From the NCBI GenBank assembly GCA_041736175.1, contig JBGSUI010000161.1:1-57553 (forward strand): DNA of 57,553 nucleotides, given 5' to 3'. This DNA comes from Oligoflexales bacterium (lineage in GTDB: Bacteria; Bdellovibrionota_B; Oligoflexia; Oligoflexales; CAIYRB01). This document shows positions 19,038-28,892 of this stretch, piece by piece. The notes under the pieces were generated by a model. That model searched no databases. It had not been told where the DNA came from and was given only the letters and a program-made list of their open reading frames with translations. Within the stretch, counting starts at the first letter, position 1. Every line of letters begins with the position of its first letter. A program made the translations under genes and the position numbers.

Positions 19038-19922
19038 ATGGACCACCTCGAAGCCGAATCAATCGAAATCATCCGCGAGGCGACGGCCACAGCGCAGCAT
19101 CCAGTGATGCTCTATTCGATTGGTAAAGATTCCTCAGTATTGTTGCATCTTGCGAGAAAGGCTTTTTTCCCTGGAAAACCGCCTTTTCCTCTGCTCCATA
19201 TCGATACGGGTTGGAAGTTTAAGGCCATGTACAAACACCGGAGCCGGATGCAAGCAGAATCGGGGATGACGCTGATCGTCTACACCAATCCCCATGGAGT
19301 TGCCGAAGGGATCTCTCCTTTTACCCATGGTAGCCGCTATCACACCGATATCATGAAGACCCAAGCCCTTAAACAAGCTCTGGACGTCCATGGTGTAGAC
19401 CTAGCTTTTGGTGGAGCGCGACGGGACGAAGAAAAAAGTCGCGCCAAAGAGCGGATTTTTTCGTTTCGCACCCAAGGCCACCGTTGGGAACCGGGAGCCC
19501 AAAGACCAGAGTTGTGGAACCTCTACAACACCCATATCCGTCCTGGAGAGACGATTCGAGTGTTTCCCCTTTCAAACTGGACAGAGCTCGATATTTGGCA
19601 CTATATCAAACAAGAAAACATACCCGTTGTTCCCCTTTACTTTGCCGAGGAAAGACCAGTCGTCCATCGGGGCGGACAGTGGCTTATGGTGGATGATGAT
19701 CGGTTTCCATTTCGCCCTGGAGAAAAGCTTGAAAACCGGCGGGTGAGATTTCGGACCCTTGGATGCTGGCCTCTCAGTTCAGCCATCGAAAGCTCCGCTG
19801 CGACTATAGATGCCCTGATCGAAGAGGTCGCCACCACACGGTTTTCGGAGCGTCAAGGTCGCCTGATCGATACCGACCAACCAGGGTCCATGGAGCAGAA
19901 AAAGCAGGAGGGGTACTTTTGA
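19038..19922 (+). CDS. cysD: Sulfate adenylyltransferase subunit 2
   Basis: [37 protein letters not shown]. Confidence 0.97.
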   Translation: MDHLEAESIEIIREATATAQHPVMLYSIGKDSSVLLHLARKAFFPGKPPFPLLHIDTGWKFKAMYKHRSRMQAESGMTLIVYTNPHGVAEGISPFTHGSRYHTDIMKTQALKQALDVHGVDLAFGGARRDEEKSRAKERIFSFRTQGHRWEPGAQRPELWNLYNTHIRPGETIRVFPLSNWTELDIWHYIKQENIPVVPLYFAEERPVVHRGGQWLMVDDDRFPFRPGEKLENRRVRFRTLGCWPLSSAIESSAATIDALIEEVATTRFSERQGRLIDTDQPGSMEQKKQEGYF

Positions 19923-21826
19923 TGGAAATCCACCACAACCAGGCTTTTTCCTCCCATTTTAAAAGTCCGATAGAAACTTTGCGGTTTATCACCTGTGGTA
20001 GCGTCGACGATGGTAAGAGCACACTGATTGGTCGGCTTTTCTATGACAGTGGCAATATTTACGAAGACCAAATCAGTGCTTTAAAAACCGATTCCCATCT
20101 CTATGGGACCCAAAAGGATAGACTTGACTATGCCCTGCTGGTCGACGGGCTTCAATCCGAGCGCCAGCAAGGGATCACCATCGATGTGGCCTACCGGTAT
20201 TTCCACACTGGGAAACGTCGCTATATCGTCGCCGACACTCCGGGCCATGAGCAGTACACCCGTAATATGGCCACCGCAGCATCGACTGCCGATGTGGCGG
20301 TGATTTTAGTGGATGCTCGGAAAGGGGTGTTGAGGCAAACTTTACGCCATAGCCGTATCGTGGCGACGATGAATTGCCGCCACGTGGTCTTAGCGATCAA
20401 TAAAATGGATTTGATTGGTTTCGACCAACTCACTTTTGATACCCTGGTCAAAGATTACTTAGCAGCCACAAAATCACTGAATTTTGACAGCATCTATCCT
20501 CTGCCCCTCTGTAGCTTGGACGGTGATAATATCTTGACCCCAAGCCCGAGGACACCCTGGTTTCATGGTAAACCCTTGCTAGCCTATTTAGACAGCCTCT
20601 CCTTAAGTCAAAAGGATTTGTCTGTGCCGTTTCGTATGCCGGTCCAATATATAAACCGCCCTCACCTAGACTTTCGCGGCTACTCAGGACGTGTGGCCTC
20701 TGGGACTTTGCAAGCAGGGGATCAGGTTAAAGTCCTGCCTTCAGGGGTCACCACGAGGGTCAGGCGAGTGATCCTTGGGTTTGACGACGTCGAGACCGTG
20801 CAGGCGGGAGACTCAGTCACGGTGACTTTTACGGATGAGATCGATGCGAGTCGTGGCTGTGTGTTGGTGTCACCGGAGGACCCACCTCCTGTGGCAGACC
20901 AGTTCCAAGTTACCTTGATCTGGATGGACCAGGAGCCCCTCCATGTGGGCCGTCCCTATATCCTAAAGATCGGGACTAAAGAAACAGTCGGAACGATCTC
21001 TAAGATAAACAGCATCGAGAATATAGGCGCAGACGGTGACAGGACATCTCGTCCACAAAGTGGCACACCCCCTGAGCGACTGCAGCTTAACGAAATCGCC
21101 CAAGTGACCATTAAGACGGACAGTCCGGTCGTTGTGGAGCCCTTTCGAAAAAGTCGGTCGTTAGGTGGTTTTATTCTTATAGATAAAATGACCTACGCCA
21201 CCGTTGCGGCGGGGATGACCCAACAGGTCCTCAGCTCCCCCGAAGGTCGGGATATCCATTGGCATCATCTGACCATCAACCAAAAATCCCGCGGCGAGGC
21301 CAAACACCAAACTCCCCGATGTTTGTGGTTTACCGGTCTGTCTGGATCCGGCAAGTCGACCATCGCCAATTTATTAGAAAAGCGGCTCTTTGCTGACCAC
21401 AAGCATACCTATATCCTGGACGGTGACAACCTCCGCTACGGGATCAACGGAGATCTTGGTTTTAGTGATGCTGACCGGACAGAAAATGTTCGCCGAGTGG
21501 CCCAAGTCGCTAAGCTTATGGTTGATGCCGGACTGATCGTCTTAGTCAGCCTGATCGCTCCCTTTCGGAGTGATCGCCAGCGGGCACGGGATCTCTTCGG
21601 CGCCAAAGAGTTTATCGAAATCTATATTGAGACACCGCTGCATATCTGCGAGGAGCGAGACCCTAAAGGTCTTTATGCCAAAGCTCGCCGCGGGGCGCTC
21701 AAGAATTTTACGGGCATAGGGAGTCCCTATGAGCCTCCTCTAAAGCCAGAGCTGGCGATCGATACGAGGGACCAGTCCCCCGAAGAATGTGTGGATAAGA
21801 TTTTGCGACATCTTAGAACTCTCTGA
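19922..21826 (+). CDS. cysNC: Bifunctional sulfate adenylyltransferase subunit 1 / APS kinase (CysN/CysC, NodQ-type)
   Basis: GSVDDGKST, GITIDVAY, DTPGHEQY, NKMD; kinase motifs WFTGLSGSGKST, LDGDN, RDPKGLY. ATG overlaps the cysD stop. Confidence 0.96.
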   Translation: MEIHHNQAFSSHFKSPIETLRFITCGSVDDGKSTLIGRLFYDSGNIYEDQISALKTDSHLYGTQKDRLDYALLVDGLQSERQQGITIDVAYRYFHTGKRRYIVADTPGHEQYTRNMATAASTADVAVILVDARKGVLRQTLRHSRIVATMNCRHVVLAINKMDLIGFDQLTFDTLVKDYLAATKSLNFDSIYPLPLCSLDGDNILTPSPRTPWFHGKPLLAYLDSLSLSQKDLSVPFRMPVQYINRPHLDFRGYSGRVASGTLQAGDQVKVLPSGVTTRVRRVILGFDDVETVQAGDSVTVTFTDEIDASRGCVLVSPEDPPPVADQFQVTLIWMDQEPLHVGRPYILKIGTKETVGTISKINSIENIGADGDRTSRPQSGTPPERLQLNEIAQVTIKTDSPVVVEPFRKSRSLGGFILIDKMTYATVAAGMTQQVLSSPEGRDIHWHHLTINQKSRGEAKHQTPRCLWFTGLSGSGKSTIANLLEKRLFADHKHTYILDGDNLRYGINGDLGFSDADRTENVRRVAQVAKLMVDAGLIVLVSLIAPFRSDRQRARDLFGAKEFIEIYIETPLHICEERDPKGLYAKARRGALKNFTGIGSPYEPPLKPELAIDTRDQSPEECVDKILRHLRTL

Positions 21827-21987
21827 TTAAAAATTATAAAAAGTAAGTCCCAGTCCAGGTCTTACGGGCTCCTTAAGTCCTTGCAAAATCCGCTGCTTTA
21901 AGTCACTCTAAATCCTATGTCCCGCAATTAAAATTTAAAGTTTGCAAAAGATATCTAAAAGAGAACTTTGATGATCAAGGATCGCCC

Positions 21988-22836
21988 ATGCGTCTAGCTG
22001 TTTTCTTCCAAGGATCCCCTCTAGATTCAGTCGCCGCGCCGCTGACCCAAGAAAGGGGGATCCCACCCCATCTCGTCAACGTTTTTGGTTTGGCTTCGAT
22101 CTTAGGCGCGATCGATCGGGCAACCGAACGCCATGGAGTCAGCGAGGTCTCTCTGACGGTCTTTTTGCATCCTGCCCAGATATCCCCCTATGATGTGGAA
22201 AAACAAAAAGAGGAGGTCTCTGCCTACCACCAGCTCCTGGCGGGCTGCGACTACCCTACCAAGTTTATAAATCCAGTGCTCAGACAGATCGAGGGAGCCC
22301 CCCCCTCGATGGCGCTTCAGGCAGAAGCAGACTTTATTTATTTTGTCGAAGGAGATAGCATCCATGATGAGGGATCTCTCAGCGACATGCTCCTGGAATA
22401 TAAGCTTTTAAGCGAGGACCATTCCCAAGATATAGTGGTGACTCCTTTTGACCCTAGTGACCTCTACAAAGCTCCTCATCCATCCCAGGTCCTAGCGGGA
22501 AGCCATCGTTATTGGCGTACTGTTCCCCATTGCAGCCGCACGCTGCTCATGCATAAAAAAACATTTTTGCGGTTTGCCGAAGTCTTTGAATACGATATCC
22601 GGCAATTCGATAAAGCCCCCGCAAAGTCCGGCAATGAATTAGCGCCCATCTTAAGGTTGATCCCCTGCTTTGGGCCAATGCCCGCCTTAGGGGTCTCCCT
22701 GAGAGCGAGTGAACCGTCACCGTTTACAGCCCAAGTGTATCCCAAGTGGTTTAACCAGGCAGAGGTGAGATTGCAACGGGTGGTCGTACCACCTAAGAGT
22801 CGACGCGCCCCCGACGAGCGCAGCACTTCGTTGTGA
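21988..22836 (+). CDS. Degenerate GT-A-like paralog of 16754..17599
   Basis: YFVEGDSIH, GSHRYWRT, PMPAL. Confidence 0.55.
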   Translation: MRLAVFFQGSPLDSVAAPLTQERGIPPHLVNVFGLASILGAIDRATERHGVSEVSLTVFLHPAQISPYDVEKQKEEVSAYHQLLAGCDYPTKFINPVLRQIEGAPPSMALQAEADFIYFVEGDSIHDEGSLSDMLLEYKLLSEDHSQDIVVTPFDPSDLYKAPHPSQVLAGSHRYWRTVPHCSRTLLMHKKTFLRFAEVFEYDIRQFDKAPAKSGNELAPILRLIPCFGPMPALGVSLRASEPSPFTAQVYPKWFNQAEVRLQRVVVPPKSRRAPDERSTSL

Positions 22837-22864
22837 ATGAACGCACCCACCATAAGGAGTCCCA

Positions 22865-23611
22865 ATGCTAAGCTTTATCACCCTCATCGCCTACGACTAT
22901 CGGTATGCTTTGAGAACGATCCAGAGCTACTATAGCATTGCCGATGAGATTATTTTGGGGCTGGACCGCGACCGGATCTCTTGGAGTCATCTCAAGTTTT
23001 CCTTTGATGACGATGATTTTTTTAGCTCCATAGAACAACTGGACACCCACCGTAAAATCAGAGTGATCGAAGAAAACTTTCATCCCCATGACCACCCCAT
23101 GGCAAATGACCATTTTGAGCGGAAAGTCCTGGCGACCCATTGCAAACCGGGCAACTGGATTATCCAAATCGATGCTGATGAGTATATAGTCAATCCTAAA
23201 GAATTTGCGGAATGGATTAAACTAGTTCCCGATGATGTAGGCATCACAGGGCGCTGGGTGACAGTGTTTAAACAGATTGGCGTCGACTACCTTCTCGTGG
23301 AAGAACCCGATGCCTTTATCGCTATCGGCACCAAATGCAGGGACCGCTATATTGAGTCGAGGCGGACCGACCAAGTCCATGTGAGGTCTCCCATGATTAT
23401 GCTTCACCAAGCATGGGGCCGTAGTCGAGCGGACCTGGAACAAAAACTCCGCAATTGGGGCCATTCCCGTGATTTTAATATCGACCATTATTTAGCTCTT
23501 TGGGAATCGGTCAATCTGGAAAACTATCGCCAATTTAGAGATTTCCATCCCCTATGCCCCCAATACTGGCCATCCCTAGAAAAAGTGCGGCTTAATGCCC
23601 TCGAAAAATAA
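22865..23611 (+). CDS. GT2-like glycosyltransferase
   Basis: ADEIILG, WIIQIDADE (DxD), HQAWGR, WGH. Confidence 0.7.
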   Translation: MLSFITLIAYDYRYALRTIQSYYSIADEIILGLDRDRISWSHLKFSFDDDDFFSSIEQLDTHRKIRVIEENFHPHDHPMANDHFERKVLATHCKPGNWIIQIDADEYIVNPKEFAEWIKLVPDDVGITGRWVTVFKQIGVDYLLVEEPDAFIAIGTKCRDRYIESRRTDQVHVRSPMIMLHQAWGRSRADLEQKLRNWGHSRDFNIDHYLALWESVNLENYRQFRDFHPLCPQYWPSLEKVRLNALEK

Positions 23612-23647
23612 TCTCTTAATCTCCTAATCTTTTGCCATGAGGCGACT

Positions 23648-24469
23648 ATGCAGCTCCAAGTGATCTTTCGCTCAAATACCCAAGACCTACAGCCAGCCGA
23701 GGCACTGGCGAGTCTTGGAGTGACTCCAGCGACTTTGAAACTTAGATCTTTGCGATCCCTGATGACATCCATGGAGGTGTTAGGACAAAACCAGCAGGTC
23801 TCGGCAATGACTCTGACCATCCTTGATGATCACTCCGATCCTGAGCACTTAAACCAAATCGCGGCCATGACCCATCGCAGTCCCCTCGATCCTTGCCTTG
23901 TGTCGCTGGAAGATTTTGGTAGCCAGGCCCTCCTTAGGGAGAGTCTGAATCTAGCGCAGAGTTCTCTTTCAGACTTCGTCTACCTTGTGGATGATGACCA
24001 GATTCATGCGCCCCATGCCCTAAGCCAGATGCTCCTGGTTGCGACCTTTACATCTAAAATGCTGGGACACACTCCCTTGATCGTGCCCAACGATACGATC
24101 CAAAAATATCATGATCATATGGAAAGGTACCTTTTTGTCTGTGGGGAGCGCTATTGGTCATCCACGCCTTTCCATGGTGGCACGGTCATGCTAAGCCGCC
24201 AAACCTTTAATCAGTATTCAGTCTCAAAAGACCCAGCTCACCTGCTGGGAATTCCCTGCATTTCTCCTATGCCCGGCCTTTCGATCAAACTAGGAGGTGG
24301 GGGTCCGACTCCACAGTTTATCGATTGGAAACTTTGGTGGGAACCGGAAGATTCCAAAACCAACCCCGCGGTGATGCCTTCCCAGCGTCTTCCCCATTTA
24401 GCTCCTAGTGAAATCTTAGCTAAACACGATCTCAAGGGATTTTTCTCATCACCCTTTATGGAAACTTAA
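23648..24469 (+). CDS. GT-A-like paralog of 16754..17599
   Basis: ILDDHSD, YLVDDDQIH, RYW, PMPGLS, IDWKLWW. Confidence 0.65.
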   Translation: MQLQVIFRSNTQDLQPAEALASLGVTPATLKLRSLRSLMTSMEVLGQNQQVSAMTLTILDDHSDPEHLNQIAAMTHRSPLDPCLVSLEDFGSQALLRESLNLAQSSLSDFVYLVDDDQIHAPHALSQMLLVATFTSKMLGHTPLIVPNDTIQKYHDHMERYLFVCGERYWSSTPFHGGTVMLSRQTFNQYSVSKDPAHLLGIPCISPMPGLSIKLGGGGPTPQFIDWKLWWEPEDSKTNPAVMPSQRLPHLAPSEILAKHDLKGFFSSPFMET

Positions 24470-24473
24470 CACC

Positions 24474-25550
24474 ATGACTATACAAACAGATTTTTTCTTT
24501 CCTTCCGATATCGACGAAATCATTGAGGCCCTAGGGTCTTTGAGCCAGGAATTCTCAGGAAAGAAAATCTTGATCACGGGTGGCCAAGGGTTTTTAGGTC
24601 GGTATTTTATCGAAGTCTTTGCCAGGATGAACGCTAAGGTTCTGACCTCCCCCTGCGAGGTCACCAGTGTTGACAACCTTATCACAGCGGGACCCTTTGG
24701 ACGGAGGGTGGTTAACCATAAACATATAAAGTTTATCGAGCATGATATGGTAAAGCCTCTACCCCTGGAAGGCCACTTTGATTTTGTGTTGCACGGAGCG
24801 GGGATTGCAAGTCCTTTTTATTATAAAGCCAACCCCCTTGAAACCTTAGATGTGGCTGTTAACGGAACCCGTAACACCTTGGAGATCGCCCGACAGTCGG
24901 GAGCCCGGATGCTGTTTTTTAGCAGCAGTGAGATCTATGGGGATCCAGACCCCCAATCGATTCCGACCCCCGAAACCTATCGAGGCAACGTTGCTTGTTT
25001 GGGGCCAAGGGCCTGTTATGATGAGAGCAAAAGGCTCGGCGAGACCCTCTGCCAAATCTACTATGAGCAGTTTGGCGTGGCGGCCTGTATGGTCCGTCCC
25101 TTTAATGTCTTTGGGCCCGGGATGCAGCAGACCGACTACCGGGTGTTGCCTAATTTTGCGAGCCAGATCGCCCAAGGTAAACCACTTAAAATTTACGGAT
25201 CTGGCAACCAAACCCGGACTTTTTGCTATATCGTCGATGCGATGGTGGGATTTTTACGAGTCCTTGTCAGGGGTGTCAGCGGTGAGCCCTATAATATCGG
25301 CAATCCAGAACCGGAGATCAGCATGAGGTCTCTTTGCCACCTTGTGGCAGATCTCGCCGAAAGAGTGGTCCCCTATGATGTGGTCGCCTACCCCGAATGC
25401 TATCCTGCCGATGAGCCCAATCGACGCTGTCCGGATATTACTAAGGCTAAACTCCATCTTGGCTATAACCCTAAAATCCCTTTAAGAGAGGGTCTCTCCA
25501 GATTTCTAAGCTGGGCCGAGGCCAATTATCATAAAGAAATCAGTCCATGA
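24474..25550 (+). CDS. NAD-dependent epimerase/dehydratase, UDP-glucuronate decarboxylase-like
   Basis: TGGQGFLG, AGIASP, SSSEIYGDP, GPRACYDESKR, QTRTFCY, RRCPDI. Confidence 0.88.
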   Translation: MTIQTDFFFPSDIDEIIEALGSLSQEFSGKKILITGGQGFLGRYFIEVFARMNAKVLTSPCEVTSVDNLITAGPFGRRVVNHKHIKFIEHDMVKPLPLEGHFDFVLHGAGIASPFYYKANPLETLDVAVNGTRNTLEIARQSGARMLFFSSSEIYGDPDPQSIPTPETYRGNVACLGPRACYDESKRLGETLCQIYYEQFGVAACMVRPFNVFGPGMQQTDYRVLPNFASQIAQGKPLKIYGSGNQTRTFCYIVDAMVGFLRVLVRGVSGEPYNIGNPEPEISMRSLCHLVADLAERVVPYDVVAYPECYPADEPNRRCPDITKAKLHLGYNPKIPLREGLSRFLSWAEANYHKEISP

Positions 25551-26512
25551 ACGTTGTAGACCCTCAAACATCTAGTGCTAAAGCTGTAAACTTGGCTTTG
25601 GTTGGATATGGTCGATGGGGCACTGTTTATAAAAAAGAAATAGACAACCTTAAACCTGCGGGTCTCAATCTCAAGATAATCTGTAGCCAGCAACAGGGCC
25701 TTCGTTTTCCAGAGATAGAAATCATCAACCATTGGTCAGATCTCGGCAGGTTTGCTGACGTGCAAGGGGTGATCATTGCGACCCCTCCCCATACCCATCT
25801 TGAGATTGCGTCCTACGCTTTGCGTCACGGCAAAACAGTCCTTATCGAAAAACCAATCTGCACCGATGGGGACCAACTCGCTCGGTTTGCCCAGGAATTT
25901 AAACCCACGGACCTAGAATCTAAGGTCATGGTGAATCATATTCACCTCTATAATCCAAGGTTTTTGCGCCTCTTGGAGGCCCTCCCTCTGGTCGGTCCCA
26001 TCCAAGCGATCGAGTCAAAGGGTGGAGCCTGGGGGCCTTTTCGAGCCACCTATTCATCTCTATGGGATTACGCCCCCCATGACCTATCGATGGTCTTAAA
26101 AGTCCTGGGCTGCACTCCCCTCTCGGTATCTATCAAACTCCTTAAGGAGCAGCTGATACGGGAGGTTCCAAACCAGGAAATCGGGCGCAACTATAGCCTC
26201 CATTTAACCTTTCCCTCCGCGATAGAGGTGGCCATCGAAGTGGGGTCCCTCTATCCCCAAAAGGTGCGCTCTTTTCGAGTGATCGGTAAACGGGGTGTTT
26301 TGGAGCTAGATGACACCCGCCTTGTGGATCCACTCCTGTTTAACAATAAGCCCCTCCAGGACGTCGAACCCAGGACCCCCCTCCAGGGAGCTCTTCTTAG
26401 ATTCGCAGATCTCGTAAGAGGAGAGGTCGCCTCGGTAGATCCAGACAACTCTGGAATCAGGATGGCGCTCCAGGTGACCAAAATCCTCTCGGCGGTAGAG
26501 AAATCGTCTTAG
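25547..26512 (+). CDS. Gfo/Idh/MocA oxidoreductase
   Basis: VGYGRWG, IATPPHTH, IEKP, DYAPHD. Confidence 0.88.
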   Translation: MNVVDPQTSSAKAVNLALVGYGRWGTVYKKEIDNLKPAGLNLKIICSQQQGLRFPEIEIINHWSDLGRFADVQGVIIATPPHTHLEIASYALRHGKTVLIEKPICTDGDQLARFAQEFKPTDLESKVMVNHIHLYNPRFLRLLEALPLVGPIQAIESKGGAWGPFRATYSSLWDYAPHDLSMVLKVLGCTPLSVSIKLLKEQLIREVPNQEIGRNYSLHLTFPSAIEVAIEVGSLYPQKVRSFRVIGKRGVLELDDTRLVDPLLFNNKPLQDVEPRTPLQGALLRFADLVRGEVASVDPDNSGIRMALQVTKILSAVEKSS

Positions 26513-26970
26513 CTAAACTTTGCAGTCCCCCTATGGATGGATTGGCCGTTGAGATGGATGTCATAGGTGATGGGGCAGGCTTTGGCAATCATGGCCGAGA
26601 CGCCACAATATTGGGTCATCGATTTCTCCACGGATTCGATGATTTTTTCGGCAGTCCCTTTGCTGGTCAAGCTATAGACAAGCTTAACGGACGTAAAGAC
26701 GACTGGATACTGGGTGCTTTCTTCGGTGGCGATGGAGATTTTAAAGTCTTCAGGCAACTCCCGATGTTTCTTAAGGTAGCCGATCACATCCATCGCCGTG
26801 CATCCCGTGATGGCAGCTAAAAGGAGCTGTTTAGGAGTCGCTGCAGTGCCGCGACCTATGGGAGCCTTGGCATCCATGGGGACGACAAAGGAGCCTAAAT
26901 GGGCGTCAAATGCCATGGAACTTGGGCTTTTACCTTGGGGATCTATTTTCCAGTGACAAGAACCTTCCAT
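26509..26970 (-). CDS. OsmC-family protein
   Basis: PKQLLLAAITGCTAMD and YCGVS cysteine pair. Confidence 0.88.
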   Translation of the reverse strand: MEGSCHWKIDPQGKSPSSMAFDAHLGSFVVPMDAKAPIGRGTAATPKQLLLAAITGCTAMDVIGYLKKHRELPEDFKISIATEESTQYPVVFTSVKLVYSLTSKGTAEKIIESVEKSMTQYCGVSAMIAKACPITYDIHLNGQSIHRGTAKFS

Positions 26971-26989
26971 GAGTCTACTCCTTTGGGAT

Positions 26990-28078
26990 CTACAAATTTT
27001 GAGCTAGTTTTTCGCTGATCAACTTTATAAGGGCTTTTTGTGGTTCAGCGAATTTTTCGAGACCTTCTGCCATCAGGGTTTTTTCCATATGTTCTACATC
27101 CAGAGACTTTTCGATTTCATTCAAAACATCCCTGCTGGGAAGGTCCTGGATAGCGGGTGCAAACTGCTTGCCGCTTAACTCCACTGCCTGGTTGGTGGCT
27201 GGGGGGTTGGTTTCGATATCGCTGCCTGCAAACGCAGCGACGTATTTCCAGGGGGAATCTTCGGGTTTTTTTGTACCGGTGCTTGCAAATACGATTTCTT
27301 GTTTGAGGGGGGTGGGGTGGTCCCGCCAAAAATCCCGGTTTTCAAGCCAAATCGCCTTAGCATTGACGATACCCACCATGCCCTGGGCTTGGGGGGAGAG
27401 CTTGGGCAGGTGTTTCTCCGTGTAAACATCAAGTCGCGACACAAAGATACTGTAGACGCTTTTAAATTGGGACAGATCACGCCGTCGTTGGATTCCAGCC
27501 CAGATTTTTTGGCGGGCCAGGCGGTACTGGCGCTTTGTAAAAATCAAAGTGACATTGAGAGGGATCCCCTTAAAAGCGAGTTCTTCTAGGGACGCAAGGC
27601 CAGCCTCTGTGGCCGGGACTTTAATCATCCGGTTGGGGTGGTTGGTCGACCAATAGCGACCCTGTTCGATGTAAAGGTCGACCTTTTGGGACAGGGGCAT
27701 GGTGTTGGCGAGATCCTCTAGGAGGGGATCTACTTCAAAACTCACATACCCATCCTCACCCTTAGACTTTTGGAACAGTCCCAGGAACACTTCTTCGGCC
27801 ATGCTCACCAGATGGTTTGTCATGGCCCAAGCGACTTTTTGGCTGAGGAGTTTTTGATCGAGGTTGTCTTTTTTAAAGGTTCGAGCAAATTCCAAGAGCG
27901 ACTGATCGAAACGTCCGGTTTTTACTAGGTCTGCGATGATGATAGGGTTAGAGGTCGCACCTGTAGCTCCTTTTTTAAAAGACTCACTGACAAGGAGCGG
28001 GTCAACAGAATCCACCCAGAGTTTGGTACCTGTGGCAATCAAGGAGGCTAACGGGGAAAGAGTGTTCAAAGAGCTCAT
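26990..28078 (-). CDS. tal: Transaldolase
   Basis: LWVDS, GATSNP, IKVPAT (Schiff-base Lys), NVTLIF, FVSRLD, FASTGTK. Confidence 0.92.
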   Translation of the reverse strand: MSSLNTLSPLASLIATGTKLWVDSVDPLLVSESFKKGATGATSNPIIIADLVKTGRFDQSLLEFARTFKKDNLDQKLLSQKVAWAMTNHLVSMAEEVFLGLFQKSKGEDGYVSFEVDPLLEDLANTMPLSQKVDLYIEQGRYWSTNHPNRMIKVPATEAGLASLEELAFKGIPLNVTLIFTKRQYRLARQKIWAGIQRRRDLSQFKSVYSIFVSRLDVYTEKHLPKLSPQAQGMVGIVNAKAIWLENRDFWRDHPTPLKQEIVFASTGTKKPEDSPWKYVAAFAGSDIETNPPATNQAVELSGKQFAPAIQDLPSRDVLNEIEKSLDVEHMEKTLMAEGLEKFAEPQKALIKLISEKLAQNL

Positions 28079-28133
28079 GAAAATCTTCCTTTGCAATCAA
28101 GTCAAGATCCAGAAGGGTTGTACTCGATCGAAC

Positions 28134-28166
28134 AAAAAAATTCCAGTCAGCAACACCGCTGACTGG
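28134..28166 (-). terminator. Intrinsic terminator after the Gly-rich lipoprotein gene
   Basis: CCAGTCAGC-N6-GCTGACTGG hairpin followed by a T-tract on the minus strand. Confidence 0.7.
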
Positions 28167-28208
28167 GTCGATTTTCTTTAACGGGGCTGCGAGTCGATTT
28201 TTAGGCCC

Positions 28209-28835
28209 TTAGGGGGTGATCGTAGAACCGGTTGTACTTGGATTGGTAACCCCTGTGGTCGAACCTATGCCGCCGAGCCCGCCTTGGGCTCCACCAATTC
28301 TTTCGCGGAATTTAGCTATTATATCTCCAAAACTACCAATACCACCTGCACCGCCGCTAAGGCCACCGAGGCCGCCAAGGCCACCGAGCCCACTAAGACC
28401 ACCGAGCCCGCCGCTACCACCTGTTCCGCCCCCAAAGGCGCTGGTAATCGAGCTAACGAACTGAAAAAATGTCGAAAGAAAGCCACCTCCGCTTGAGCCC
28501 CCCGGATTAGCAGCAGATCCGTTACCCAAAGGTGAAGTGGTACTTCCCGAACTCCCCGATCCGGTGTCCGAATCAGTATTCGTGTTTTTTTCCTTAGCTT
28601 TTTCTTGTTCTCTTTCTCTTTCTCTTTCTCTTTCTCTTTCTCTTTCTCTTTCTTTAGCATCTGCACTGGTCTCAGTCGACGTCCCACCCTTTTTGGGGGT
28701 CGGAGCGGGGCCACTGCTCTTGGATTTGGGGGTACATCCCATCGCCAGCACTGCTGTGATCAGGACACTGCATAAGATCACTAAGGCATGATAGACAAGG
28801 TTTTGTGGGCTGGTCTTGGCTTGGACTGGATTCAT
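28209..28835 (-). CDS. Low-complexity Gly-rich lipoprotein with (ER)7 tract
   Basis: AGGAG RBS; LAMGC lipobox; ER repeat; amphipathic FLSTFFQFVSSITSAF; GGL repeats. Confidence 0.7.
   Translation of the reverse strand: MNPVQAKTSPQNLVYHALVILCSVLITAVLAMGCTPKSKSSGPAPTPKKGGTSTETSADAKEREREREREREREREQEKAKEKNTNTDSDTGSGSSGSTTSPLGNGSAANPGGSSGGGFLSTFFQFVSSITSAFGGGTGGSGGLGGLSGLGGLGGLGGLSGGAGGIGSFGDIIAKFRERIGGAQGGLGGIGSTTGVTNPSTTGSTITP
28608..28652. repeat. Perfect hexanucleotide microsatellite (TTCTCT)x7.5
   Basis: Read directly; encodes the in-frame ER tract. Confidence 0.95.
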
Positions 28836-28876
28836 ATTTTTGCTCCTCAAAAAAAACTACACTTGCTAGAAAGTGT

Positions 28877-28892
28877 TGCAATAAATATTCCC
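28877..28892 (-). promoter_or_regulatory. Weak sigma54 promoter candidate
   Basis: Minus strand GGGAATATTTATTGCA (GG-N10-GC). Confidence 0.35.

Noticed and set aside
19763..19921. 53 aa N-terminal extension of CysNC in the ORF track
   Set aside because: It overlaps cysD; ATG 19922, coupled to the cysD stop with a GGAGG RBS, fits better.
28216..28791. Pro-rich, (KE)n and (SL)n ORFs
   Set aside because: Alternative-frame readings of the same repeats; only the lipoprotein frame has an RBS and a signal peptide.
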